Origin: Octopus bimaculoides
Taxonomy: Eukaryota
Length of the DNA stretch: 51,475 nucleotides
Reading direction: 5' to 3'
NCBI RefSeq assembly: GCF_001194135.2
Contig: NC_068988.1
Coordinates: 76,458,541 to 76,510,015 of the forward strand
Shown one piece after another: positions 38,582 through 51,114 of this stretch. The notes beneath the pieces are model-generated. The model was not told the origin of the DNA. It did not search any database and saw only the letters and a program-made list of their open reading frames with translations. Numbering within the stretch: the first letter of the stretch is position 1; each line of letters opens with the position of its first letter. The position numbers were made by a program, and so were the translations under genes.

Positions 38582-39606
38582 CACTGATCAACACATATTT
38601 TATGGCACAAGGTTTACCAATGGTTTCTTTAGCTAACTTTGGCGTGCTGAATCCAAAACTGGCATCAGATTTGTCTATCACATCAGATTTTTGAGATATA
38701 AAATCTTTTAGTTTTGCTAGAAACAGCTATTTAAGGCTCATAAAGGAAAAATTAAACATATGTAGTTGCAATTTCTAATAGACAAAATGCCTTTTTTCTA
38801 ATCTGATAAATCAAAGCACAAACCTGTGGGAGTAAATGCACATTAGCATGTAAAAATTAAGCTTGGTTATAACAAAAAATGAATACAAAATCTCTATTCA
38901 TTGTGGTCATTCATTCTGATCATCTTATTACTACAAGAACTTCTATTTTGATGATCTCTTATGCAAAGCTTCCGGAATATCTCTCATCAATTTCCATCAG
39001 TAATCTGCTATCATGTTTAGGTCCCATTGGCCTTGGTAGCATTCTTCCATTACTTATACATCTTGATGAAAGTGTTCATCTTGTTCTTCGCTAACATCAC
39101 CCAGGTTCTTTGGAACCTCACACAAGTTACTGTGTAAGTGGTGCAGTTTAATACTCATTCTACATCCAAGAGCTTGAAAACTCAAGAGCAACTCCTCCAC
39201 AATCTTTTGTTAGTTGTCAGCTTTCCTGTTCCCAAGGAAATTCTGCAACACATCAGAGAAGGCATTCCAAACTTCTGTCACACTCATTGTTGTAACAAAA
39301 TGTCGATCTCTGAGGAGTGTCCTCATTCGAGGTCCATCAAATATTCCTGCCTTCTTCTTCTCATCACTGAGACTTGGAAAGGTTGTACATATATATATCT
39401 GAAGCAGTCTCCACAGTCCCACAAATAGTGGTGTAAAGTTAACTTTTGGTATGCTCCAGGTAAATAAAAGTATATACCGATGGCACAAAAATATGATCTG
39501 ATAGAGCAAATCTGAGGTCAGTTTTGAAATCAACACCCCAAAATTACTCTAAAACTTCTCTAAGGTTTTATGCCAGAAAATAAAAGTTTTATATTGTTGA
39601 CTAGTG
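38582..39606 (-). mobile_element. Chapaev3 (CMC) DNA transposon, internally deleted
   Basis: Termini CACTGATCAACA...TGTTGACTAGTG with TTA on both sides. FPSLSDEKKKAGIFDGP..NFLGN; MSIKLHHLHS..NLGDVSEEQDEHFHQD..YQGQW..IADY. Confidence 0.8.
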
Positions 39607-39679
39607 TTATGAATGAAACAATTGTAAATTTATATAATAAAATGACTTGGTCACTGCATACTTCTTGTGAATAATTTTA

Positions 39680-40709
39680 AATATTGGCACTCTCAACGTC
39701 GGCACGCTGAAAGGTAGGTCTGGTGAGATTGTTGAGATGCTTGAACGGAGACGCGTAGATTTGTGCTGCATCTAAGAAGTAAGGTCGAGAGGCGGTTCCG
39801 CGAAGTTCCTCACAGGCAAAGTACAAGATTTTCTGGGCAGGGAACACTGACGGGGTCGGGGGCGTGGGAATACTCCTAGCAGAGAAATGGGTTGATAAGG
39901 TAATCGAGGTAGTCAGAATATGTGACAGAGTACTTAAGATTAGACTAGTGCTTCACCATAGGTTAGCTACCGTCATCTCGGCCTATGCCCCTCAACCGGG
40001 GCTACCGGATGGGCAGAAAGACCAATTCTACGACACCCTCCTGCAAACTGCCTCATTGACGAATGACAGGGACCTACTCTTTGTGGTTAGTGATTTCAAT
40101 GGTCATGTTGGACGTCATGCAGGGGGCTTCCATGGCATTCATGGAGGCTATGGCTTCGGTTCCCACAATGAGGAGGGAACCAGACTGCTCGAGTTCTGTG
40201 ATGCAAACGATCTTATGGTTTGCAATACCAACTTCAGGAAATCTGCCTGTCACCTAGCCACCTACCGTTCCGGCAGACACTCTAGCCAAATCGACTACAT
40301 ACTCGCCAGAAATATGGAAAGAGAGTGGCTTATAAATGCCAAAACCTTCCCTGACGAAGAATGTACCCCTCAACACAGATTAGTAGTTAGCGACTTCGTG
40401 ATCAAGGCAAAAAGGATGCCCAGAAGTAGACCGGCTTGGAGGAGAAGGGTTTGGAAGCTTAAAGATCCTTCAAATGGACAGAGATTTAGAGACATATTAC
40501 TTGAAGCATTTGACGAAATAGAAGGGGATATAGCAACATACAACGTGGAAGACAACTGGAGGTTTCTACGGGACAACTTGCTGAGAGCCACCGACCAGAT
40601 CTGTGACTGGTGTAAAGTCCCCTCTCGACCCAAAGTAACATGGTGGTGGAACAATGTGTTTCACAGGGCTATTAGACAAAAGAAACAGGCTTGGAAGGAC
40701 TGGAAGAAC
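39680..40709 (+). mobile_element. RTE LINE ORF 5' part: apurinic-type endonuclease
   Basis: Open 39864-40709: VISAYAPQ..SDFNGHVG..NTNF..SSQIDYIL..QHRLVV..WWWN. Confidence 0.9.
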
Positions 40710-40832
40710 NNNNNNNNNNNNNNNNNNNNNNNNNNNNNNNNNNNNNNNNNNNNNNNNNNNNNNNNNNNNNNNNNNNNNNNNNNNNNNNNNNNNNNNNNNN
40801 NNNNNNNNNAGGAATGGAGTAGATAAGAGCCG

Positions 40833-40917
40833 GGCTACAGATGTTTCACAGTGAGCGGAGACCTCGGAAGTGATAAATATCCAAACGAGGTGTATACTAC
40901 AGGCTACTCTTCAGGCC
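40833..40917 (-). ncRNA. Type I hammerhead D3 (copy of D1)
   Basis: Reverse complement of 33821-33906. Confidence 0.8.
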
Positions 40918-40989
40918 AAAGTTATCTCCCATATGTAAATATGTACAACCTTGCAACAATGTAAACTTTAATTTAATCAAGGTATCATT

Positions 40990-41073
40990 GACCTGAAGAA
41001 TATTCTGCAGTATACACCTTGGTTGGATATTTACCACTGCCAAGGTTCTGCTCATTATGAAACATATGTAGCC
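40990..41073 (+). ncRNA. Type I hammerhead D4 (copy of D2)
   Basis: gac-CTGAAGA...GAAAC-atat-GTA-gcc. Confidence 0.75.
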
Positions 41074-41128
41074 TGGATCTTATCTACTTCATTCCTTAAC
41101 TCTTGTATATATATTCTTTTTCACTTGC

Positions 41129-42015
41129 GAAAGTTGTCTCCCAAAATGATTCTGTAAACTGCAAAACAAATGGTAGTCTGAAGGAGCAAGGTCGGGAGAA
41201 TAAGATGGATGAGGAATTTTTTCCCAGAGAAGCTCTTCGATCTTCTGTGATGTGATCTTTGCAGTGTGGGGTCACGCATTGTCCTGATGAAACATCACTC
41301 CTTTTACCAAGCCACTGTTTACGACGTTTAACATTTCAATAGAAGATCCATTTTTCGTCACAAGTCTATCCAAAAAGGGTGAAATGAGTTTGCAAAAATG
41401 GAGAGAAGCGCAGATTTCAACTTGGGATATGCGGTTGCTTTCGGACAATTCATGAGGCACACATTTTCCAAGTTTAGGAACCTTTCCAAGTTGTTGAAGA
41501 TGACGATGAACAGTTGTATTGTTTGAACTAAGCTTTATTGCCAATTCTTCAACTGATAATGCGGGATTTTCTTCAACTAATGCCTCAAGGAGCTTATCAT
41601 CAAACTCAACTGGACGTCCTGTTCGATCTTCATCTTCAAGACTGAAATCTCCACTTCTGAATTTTGCAAACCATCTTCTGCAAGTTCTTTCATTCAAGCA
41701 TTCTTTCCCATAAACGGAATGCATGTTTCGATTCGCTTTGGCTGTAGAGTTTCCATTTTTGCACTCATAAAGCATTATGTGCCTTAAATGCTCTTTGGAT
41801 ACTTTCATGTTAGAAAGGGTTTTAATCAAATAAATTTTAATTCTATTATTCTGTAAAATAATATTATAAACTATATAAATCCTATACTAATTCTTTACAT
41901 TATAAAAATTAAACTTACCTTTTATGTGTCTTTAAAATAGTATTATTATATATATTAGCTTAATTTTTTTTTTAATAATTTTTTTAAATAATTCAAAATG
42001 GTTTTCTGAGCCCAA
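41129..42015 (-). mobile_element. Mariner, internally deleted and 3' truncated
   Basis: KEHLRHIMLYE..RRWFAKFRSGDFSLEDEDRTGRP..CVPHEL..FHQDNA..YSPDLAPSDYHLF. 5' TIR ttgggctcagaaaa after TA. Confidence 0.85.
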
Positions 42016-42476
42016 TATATATAAGTCTTAAACTTTACACCTTATCTATAGCCTTTGAATTCAAAATTGACACTACTTCAGGGTTTTTGTATAAACTAAT
42101 TACATTTTATTATTAACAATTTTATTATTAACATACTTCTTATTATTAACATATTAATTAAGCTAATATTGATATCTATAAATTTCCCATACTTAGTATA
42201 TGTATAACAATACTGTTGCTTTATTCAGACTAAAGAAAAAAGCGCTGTTGACCTAAATGCTTAAGGTTTAATTCCCCAACATTATGATAGCAGTAAAAAC
42301 CCAACCTAAAATAGTGTTGCCACTCTGACCAGAGAAACCTTTATAACTATATCCATGTACAATGCTTACACCTTCCCTTTCCTTAGAAGTGATTGCCCCT
42401 TATACTATAACCACTAGATAAGAGACAATAAAATAAGAGACAGTTAGAATTCTACCTCGAACTAATTACTAGCTTG

Positions 42477-42710
42477 CTAGCCTTGGCTATGTCAAGATGG
42501 ATTTTTATGTATTCTTCTTCCCGCATGGATTTTAAATGTTGCCACAATTATAATATGTCTATTCTACTGTAATTTTCTACATTTTTGTGCAGCTGAAGAT
42601 TGCTTTACATATTGCATTTAATGTAATGTTCGCATTACTTAAATAAATGGAGTAGCATGAAACGTGCGTACTACAATCATCTTTAAAATCCGTGTTGCTT
42701 ATTTTGATTC
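42477..42710 (+). mobile_element. Short solo PLE-derived unit (family B)
   Basis: Homologous to 32266-32512. Ends tgttgcttattttgatt, like the PLE2 tail. Confidence 0.65.
42588..42675 (+). ncRNA. Type I hammerhead ribozyme B2
   Basis: tgcag-CTGAAGA-stem II capped gtaatg-TTCG-cattac-GAAAC-gtgc-GTA-ctaca. Confidence 0.8.
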
Positions 42711-43459
42711 TTTGATCACCTTGCTTTTAGAATGGTTTTTGGATAATACCATACTATATTCTGGTGCCTAAACATAAGTACCATATTCAATTTTGAATCT
42801 AAATATATATATATATAAGGGTAGCCTGAATCTTACCGATTTCACTTCCTTAATCTGGATAATTCAAATTCAATGTTTTCTTGAAACAATAAATTTCCAT
42901 ACAGATTGAGATTTAAATTCCAATCTATGAAGAGTTTCCATTCCACAATATTCTTAAAGGAACGAAAAATTATCCAGCAACTCAGGCTATTACGAACAAG
43001 TCTGGTAGCTGTACAGTTGACAGTCAGATTGCTGATGTTTGTTGTGCATTCTGCTGTCGTCACACGATTGCTGTTATTCTGTGTCTGTGTGTAAAGATCA
43101 GTTGTGGTTTGCAGGGTTGCTTTATTTTGACCCTTAACATAGAAATGGAGAAAGACATGGTGCTAGATATTTTTAAAAAAGCCATTTGGAACTATAAATA
43201 TTGCAGAAAAACGAGAAATTTTTCGAGCAGTCTTATGCGAAATCTGTGATGAGCCCGAGTGACACTGATGACCTAGAGTCGCCTCTAATACTCACACATA
43301 CACACACACATACACAAACACACACACACACACGCACACATACATACACATACACACATATATGTAGAAGTAATTAAGATTCAGTTGAATTAGGTACTTA
43401 AGTCGAAGTACTAAGTCAGTCCGGTATTATCCACACAGCTCGAAGTAAGGTAAATAAAA

Positions 43460-44075
43460 TGTCAAGTAATAATGCAGTACAACCGTTTCAAGCAGCTCCA
43501 TTTAAGTGAACAATGTAATCATTACATCAATTCAAACACAGTACTATCTTAAGCTGCAAGAAATATGGATTTTCAACAGACAAGATATTCTGATATAATT
43601 TTTCGTAAATATTTTAACAGAGCAAGAGGATGAAAGAATTTAGTGTTGTCACTATTGCAGCAAGAATAGCTAAGAGAACAAACTACAATTTTTAGAGTGG
43701 CATGGAACAGAGTGGGGGTCATAAGGTTGTAATTCATTTCCAATTTATCTATCTCCTTATCATCAACAAAAATCTAAGACTAGAAGACTGCGTTTATTTA
43801 GAATAAAGAGCAAAGTGAGTTGACACCTCATAGCTGGCTGCTGGTCATAAATTTCATACTGCCACAAGTATCCCTCAACCCCCAAAAATAAGATTTTAAA
43901 AAGAGTGAATTGGATAGTAGTAAATGTCTATAAAAGAGGTAGGTAATGGGTGACATTAATTCATGACGTTGTTACCAGTTAAAGGGGCATACACTATGAA
44001 ACTTAGGATGCTACAGATCCAGGAAAACAGTAGGAAAACGTTTATAAACAAATATTATTATGTTGTATATAAAAT
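43460..44075 (-). repeat. Inverted copy of the PLE2 3' terminal region (pseudo-LTR)
   Basis: Reverse complement of 48415-48646 + 50799-51210. About 88% identity in a 130-bp sample. Confidence 0.85.
43473..43558 (-). ncRNA. Hammerhead C2, core mutated (CTTAAGA)
   Basis: Minus strand tgcag-CTTAAGA...GAAAC-ggtt-GTA-ctgca. Likely inactive. Confidence 0.65.
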
Positions 44076-45638
44076 AAAAGTTAAATTTTTTTTAATTATA
44101 AACAAATTTGTTGCATAAAAAAGTTATTTTGTTTTTATTATATTATAAGCAAATATGTTGTATAAAAATAAAAGTTAAAATTTTTTTTTTTAATTATGAT
44201 GGGTTACGACTTAGCGGATAGGATCGGACCTCAAGGACGATAAAAGAATTTTCATGACAACCCTGCTGTTACAATTATTTGCCCGACTAAACCTGATATT
44301 GGTCGACTTAGTAAAACCATTCAGGATACTATACTACTCTGAATAGTTCCTAACCTATCTCTTAAATTATAGCGTAATACTGACGAAATGGTACATTGGT
44401 TCAAATCTATTGAAAATATACGTAATTACACGTTTATACAATTTGATATCAACAGTTATTATTCTAGTATATCGCCTATTCTCCTTAAATCCCTGATTTT
44501 CACTAAAAACTTCTCTCTCATAACTATGAGAAAAATAGACATTATTCTTTTAGCTAGGAAAACTATCATAGAATTTGAAAGTAAGTTATGGACGAGGTCC
44601 GACACCCCTGATAATTTTAATATTGCTATGGGCTCGAGCAATTCAGCTCAGATTACTGATTTAGTTGGTGCGTATCTCTTGAAGTGCCTTAGTAGTGAAA
44701 TCCATGAATTGCAGGGCGGTCTATATAGGGAAAATGCTTTATTCATTATTCCTAGTAATAATAAATCAGTCATCGAAAGAATGAGGAAAAAAATGAGAAA
44801 ATCTTTCAAAAGCTTTAACTTAGGACTCACTTTCGGACATGGCACAAAGGTGACTAACTTCTTAGACACTACTTTAGATATTAACTCAGGCTTATACTAC
44901 CCCGATAGGAAACCGGATGAAGTCACTAGGTATGTGAAAAAATCCTCTAATTATCCCCCTAATATATCAAAATCAGTTCTGGATTCCAACCTATCCATTA
45001 TTATTATCATCGTTACTACGATTTAAATCATTATTGATAATACTAGTATTATTATTAATTCCTCTTGCTAATTTCACATTCCTTCCTTTAAACCTGGTTA
45101 TGATGGAATCCAGAACAACAGAAATAATATATCTAATATGTATAATATAAACTGTGACACCGATGTACTACTGACGCAGTACTTGGTGGTGCTGCAATGA
45201 ATTTAAATGATACTATAGTTGAAAGAAGTAGTAATAATATCAGTAATAATAAAGCTGATAATGATTATAGTAGTAGTAGTAGTAGTAGTAGTATTGATAA
45301 TAGAAATAACAATGATGGGAATAACAATAATATTAATAGCAGTAATGCTCCTGGTTGCAATTGTAGAGTAAAATCCTGTTGCCAGTTATCATGTCGCTGT
45401 TTAATCCAAAATACAGTTTACAGATGTACAATTGTGACTGAAATTGGTAGTTTCATCTATGTAGGGAGATCGATAAATATGAGAAAGCGTATTAAAAACG
45501 ATCTTTCATCGTCTAGACTTAGATATAAAGCTAATAGTACGTCTTTATCCAATAAGATCTGGGAACTTAAGGAAAGCGGGATTAGATTTAGCCTTAAATG
45601 GGATATAATACGGAGGGCACAGCCTTATAGAGATAGTA

Positions 45639-46862
45639 TTGGGTTGGCAACTAGGTTCTCACTGTTGCTTTAAATTTTGGAATCTTTTTTGTTGTTTTTC
45701 TAGTTAATTTTAGTTAATGTTTGTTCATTTTCAGATCATTAAAATGGAATGTCAAGTTAAGAAAAACGAGCATTTTCGACACCTCCTTCTTTTTGCTTTT
45801 AATCAAGGTTCTAAGGCCGCAAAAGCTGCTCGCGACATTTGTACTGTGTATGGAGAGAGTGTCACAGCTGAAAGAACCGCTCGTGATTGGTATGCCAAGT
45901 TCAAAAATGGAAATTTTGACCTCAAAGACGCACCTCGTTCTGGTTGTCCAAATGAGTTCGATGAAGAGCGATTAAACCAAATTTTGCACGAAAGTTCTAG
46001 TCAAACGACAAGGGAACTGGTAGAGAAAATGGAAAGCTCCCACACTGCTATAGAGAAGCATCTTCACATGATGGGAAAGGTTCAAAAGTATGGAGCATGA
46101 GTTCCACATGCTTTAAGTGACAACAGCAAAAATCAACGAGCCAGTCTCCGCTGGTTTGCTTGCTCGTCACCGCTCAACTCATGGACACAAAAAACGATTT
46201 CTTTACTGAATCGTTATTAGCAATGAAAATGGTACCTGTATATCAATATGAAGCAGCCTAAGGAATGGCTTAGCCCCGGTAAACAAGCGACACCATGCGT
46301 GAAACAAGATCTTCATCGGCGTAAAACGATGTTGTGCGTATGGTTGGACTGGGAAGGGATTATCCATTACAAATTGCTTGAACAGAACCAAACGGTCATC
46401 GCGGATCTCTATATTCAACAGATGGAACGACTCAACACGGCTATTCAAGAGAAAAGACCTAATCGTCAGCATGGAGTTCTTCTGCTGCACGACAACGCCC
46501 GCCCTCATATCGCCAATATGACCAAGGATGCCATTCAAACGCATGGCTGGGAAGTGCTGCCACACCCGCCGTACTCTCCTGATCTGGCACCAACGGATTT
46601 CCACATCTTTCGATCTCTTTCAAATGCTATGCGCGGAGTTTCGTTCAATACTGATGCAGAATCGAGAGCTTGGTTGGATCAATTTTTCGAGTCGAAATCG
46701 AGTGATTTCTACCAAAGAGGTATTGAAAACCTTGTTGAACGTTGTGAAGAAGTTGTAAACAACAAGGGTGAATACATTATTGATAAATTAGTTGTTATTT
46801 TTTATTAAACCTTTTAAAAGTTTAATTTTTTTTTAATGGCGGGAACTTAGTTGCCAACCCAA
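45639..46862 (+). mobile_element. Mariner (same family as 37076), TA TSD, inserted in the PLE2 endonuclease
   Basis: TIRs ttgggttggcaactaggttc / gaacttagttgccaacccaa (19 of 20). TA at 45637-45638 and 46863-46864. Confidence 0.95.
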
Positions 46863-47416
46863 TAGATATGGATGTGAGCTTTGATCTATGGAAATTTTAA
46901 AGATTTTTAAGTAAAGAGACATGAACAACCTTATTAATAATAGATTAGGCCTAATGATATCATGCGTGTATAGCATGACCCGCACATTTTAGTACTTCTG
47001 AAACTAATAATATTATATTTATCATACTACTTCAGATTTGGTTGTGGAAATTAACTTCGGACGTCGTAACCTTTATAATTTACCCTCTAATGTAGGATAT
47101 TATACAGTATATTGTGTTACATTACATATATTATATGCTATATATTATGTTATGTGATGTATTATATGTAACATTACCCTATAGTAACCCTTGCCTAGTT
47201 AATCTGACTTCATCCTATTTGGTGATTACACTATTCATTCCTTCTGTGAATTTCTACCCTATCGGTCATATTAAGTATATTTGTAGCGATTTTGCGATAG
47301 TAAGTCTCCTTTGACTAAATCTTACAATAATACAAACAATAGCATCTGGAATATCATAACTTATAAAACCATTTTGGTATGAATACCTTAACTGTCCTCA
47401 TTATTTCCATACATAT

Positions 47417-47624
47417 AAGGCTGGCAGAAATGTTAGCACACCGGGCGAAATGTTTGGCGGTATTTCATCTGTCCCTACGTTCTGAGTTCAAATTCCGCCG
47501 AAATCGATTTTGCCTTTCATCCTTTCGGGGTCGATAAATTAAGCACCAGTTGCATACTGGGGTCCATTTAATCGACTGACCCCCTTCCCAAAAGTTTCGG
47601 GCCTTGTGCCTAGAGTAGAAAGGT
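47417..47624 (+). mobile_element. Meta-like tRNA SINE with 16-bp TSD
   Basis: TSD ttatttccatacatat at 47401-47416 and 47625-47640. Confidence 0.9.
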
Positions 47625-48646
47625 TTATTTCCATACATATTACCCTTTTTTAGTTTACCTTTTATTTTTTCCTGTTTTTAATTTTAACCCCTTGTCTTTA
47701 TATATATTTCTTATTATTTTCTATAAATTTTTATTTTTATTTCTTGTTTTAGTATGTTTGCCTTATTAATCTCTTATCGTTTATGTTCTTTTTTTTTATT
47801 GCTAAATTTTGTACGGTATTGAATTTTATATTTTGCATTCCTATTTACCTTCACATATACTGCTATAGCAGTCTATGAATCGTGGATTATGTTGCATCAC
47901 CTCTCCGCGCGCATGCAAGTTCAATATGGTTCTGAAATTGATATTTTTCATGTTCTTAAAGTGATATTTTTCAGTTACTTAATTACACCACATAATTATA
48001 TTATATTCTTTATATAAGCGTAAATATATATATATATATATAAATCCTTTTTTACATATGTATCTGTATGCAGTATTTTTATACTATTACATCTACTTAT
48101 ATCAGTATACACTTTTCATAATTGTTAAAAAAATTTCTTGCATACTTATATTCAATTATGTTTATATATTATCATTTATCTTATTATCCTGCTTTTGATT
48201 CCTTAGTTTCAATCAATAGATAGTATATAAATTTTTCTAGATAAATTTGAGTGGTCTTTATAGTGACCACCTAATAATTAATTATGTAAAGATGAGGTAT
48301 AAAGTTGATTCTACATAATAGTAATCTTTTAAATGTTTAAATCAATTTATATATCCTTCTTAACTAGCCTGGTTTATATCCCTTTCTAGAATTTTTTGTT
48401 TTTTTTTATTTCAATTGTTTTAACTATTATTTTTATACAACATAATATCTGTTTATAAACGTTCTCCTACTGAGCCCCTAATGTTTTCCAGGATCTGATT
48501 GTAGCATCCTAAGTTTCATAGTGTATGCCCCTTTAACTGGTAACAACGTCATGAATCAATGTCACCCCTAACCTACCTCTTTTATGGAGATTTACTACTA
48601 TTCTAATTCACTCTTTCTAAAGTTTTGCCTTTTTCTGAGTTGAGGG

Positions 48647-50790
48647 CAGGCACGTAGCCATGGGGGGAGGAGGAGGGGATGCTCAGCACCCCCAGTTAGA
48701 ATCTCAGCCCCCCCCCCCNNNNNNNNNNNNNNNNNNNNNNNNNNNNNNNNNNNNNNNNNNNNNNNNNNNNNNNNNNNNNNNNNNNNNNNNNNNNNNNNNN
48801 NNNNNNNNNNNNNNNNNNNNNNNNNNNNNNNNNNNNCCCCGCCGTATGAGAATCTGTTTTATCCCCTTTTGAAATAATACATTGTCACCGCCTTCTTTTT
48901 TCTCATAAGCAATATCTCAAGTCATTAAAGATGCAATAAATTGAATTTCTTTTGATTTAGTAGTTATTGATAGGAAAACGTGGGTAAATTAGAGCTAGTC
49001 AAAGTGTTTGTTGTAGCTGTAATTGTTGTCGCAGAATTGGCTGCTGACCCGGTCATCAACTGTAGGTTGAATTAAGGAGTGGCTGACGCTGAGTCAGTTG
49101 TTGTTGTTGTGGTGGTGATCGTGATGGTGTCGGCGATGGCGGCGGTGGTGCTGGTGATTGTCGTTTTTGCTGTTGAAAAGTATGTGAAGAATTGTTGCTG
49201 TAGTTAGAGGTTTATGGTAGTAAACGCATTCCTACACACGTATATATGTGAACAGAGACGGACATTAAAAAGTCATTTTATTTCTACTAGTCAGAGAGGA
49301 TTATTATTTGCGGAAAAGGAAAGAACATTTTTGAAATCTCCCAAAATATACATTCAGAAAGTATTTTTCAGGTGAGAGCTTTCACTGAATAATTTTTGTT
49401 ACTCTTTGAACAAAGTTTAGACTGAAATTATTTTGTGTTTAACTAAAAAAAAAGCATAACTTTGAAGAAATTGAAAAAAAATTGCTTGAGCTGAATGAAA
49501 TCTCTTACGAGTTTAATTTAAAAATACATAAATTTTAAGAAATTGTTACTCTTACTACGATATTCTACTGTAGAATTAATTATTGCGAATATCAGTGCCC
49601 AAAAATAATGAATCACTACCGAAAAAGAGAACTGAAGCAATCGTTGCTGAATTTCCAATCTGATTCATCTAATAATGCTAAACAGAAGAGAATTGCAAAC
49701 GAAGTTTCGCAGCTGAAGGGAAGTCTTGCAAAGTCTTTGACACACTCATTGGATGATCTAGGACAGGTCGACTGCCAACCAATGCAGCCAGTTCTAGCAA
49801 AGTTTGATCCAAAAATTTATGGAAATCAGAGACGTGACTTCTCGTCAAGCTGGTATACTGGTCGTTTATGGTTAGAGTAGTCTCTTTAAAAGAAAGCCTT
49901 GTTTTGTTTTGCGTGTCAGCACTTTAATACTTCTGCTCAAGCTGATACTTGTTTTATTACAAATGGATATTCTAATTGGCATCATGCAAAAGAAAAAAAA
50001 ACAAAGGTTTAAATAAGCACGCAAACTCTGCATCCCATATCCAGGCTATGGTAACATGAAAGGAACGCCAATAGTGTTTATCCACAACAACATCCGTGTC
50101 TTCAATCTTGCAAAACGATCAGTTGAGCAAAAACCGTTATTATATCAGTTCCATTATTGATATTGTTCATTTTCTTTGTGGAAACGAATTACCTTTTCGA
50201 GGAAACGAAAATGAATCTTTTCAGGATTTTTATTCGGAAGATGACACGCAGCCTTGTGGTCTTTTTATGAAATTATTCCAGTACACATTAGAGAAAGATT
50301 CAAAGCTTATGCGACCTACACCTCAGCAGCAATGCAAAACGATATCATTGAATTGTTGAGAAGACACGCTGTCAGCTTCGTGGTCGCTGTTTATTTGAAA
50401 TTATATGAAAATATTGTTTAAAGATTTGGCTGTTATCTCTAGCATGTAGAAAGACCTTTTAGGTTTAACTATGTACTTGTTGAAAATAATAAAAAAAATA
50501 TTGGAGTGGATTCATTCGACTAAAAATTCTTCGAGGTAATGCCCCAGTATGGCCTCAGTTTAATGATTGCAACAAGTAAAATGAAAATAAAAACGAAATA
50601 TATCAGAAGTTTTGACCAGGTTAGGCGTCAAGGAATGTGAAAAAAAAAACGAAAAAATAACCGAAAAATATAAGCATGGGGCTTTTCTCCACTTTCACAC
50701 TTTAAGTAGGGACTTTCGTCCATAACCCTGTTCAGCACCCCCAGCTATCAAGATAGCACCCCCAGTTGCAATCGGCTTGCTACGTGGCTG
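48647..50790 (+). mobile_element. hAT transposon (TTF zinc finger/DUF4371, ZMYM1-like), internally deleted
   Basis: TIR caggcacgtagc / gctacgtggctg (11 of 12). 8-bp TSD gttgaggg / tttgaggg. Subterminal agcaccccca repeats. RDFSSSWY..WLE..LFCFAC..GYSNW..H..SASH; LPFRG (49608-50359). Confidence 0.85.
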
Positions 50791-51114
50791 TTTGAGGGAT
50801 ACTTGTGGCAGTATGAAATTTATGACCAGCAGCCAGCTATGAGGTGTCAACTCACTTTGCTCTTTATTCTAAATAAACGCAGTCTTCTAGTCTTAGATTT
50901 TTGTTGATGATAAGGAGATAGATAAATTGGAAATGAATTACAACCTTATGACCCCCACTCTGTTCCATACCAGTCTAAAAATTGTAGTTTGTTCTTCTCT
51001 TAGCTATTCTTGCTGCAATAGTGACAACATTAAATTCTTTCATCCTCTTCCCCTGCTAAAATATTTACGAAAAATTATATCAATATATCTTGTTTGTTGA
51101 AAGCCCATATTTCT

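Larger units (their letters stand above)
40810..41128. repeat. Near-identical inverted duplicate of 33610-33929
   Basis: Reverse complement with one substitution, a 2-bp indel and a 1-bp indel seen. Confidence 0.9.

Noticed and set aside
39864-40709. Open AP-endonuclease ORF as a host repair gene
   Set aside because: RTE-type sequence, intronless, with degraded upstream codons, and surrounded by RTE copies.
43246-43271. C/D-box-like GTGATGA...CTGA and a CTGATGA hammerhead-like core
   Set aside because: No terminal stem or properly spaced second box, and no downstream GAAA.
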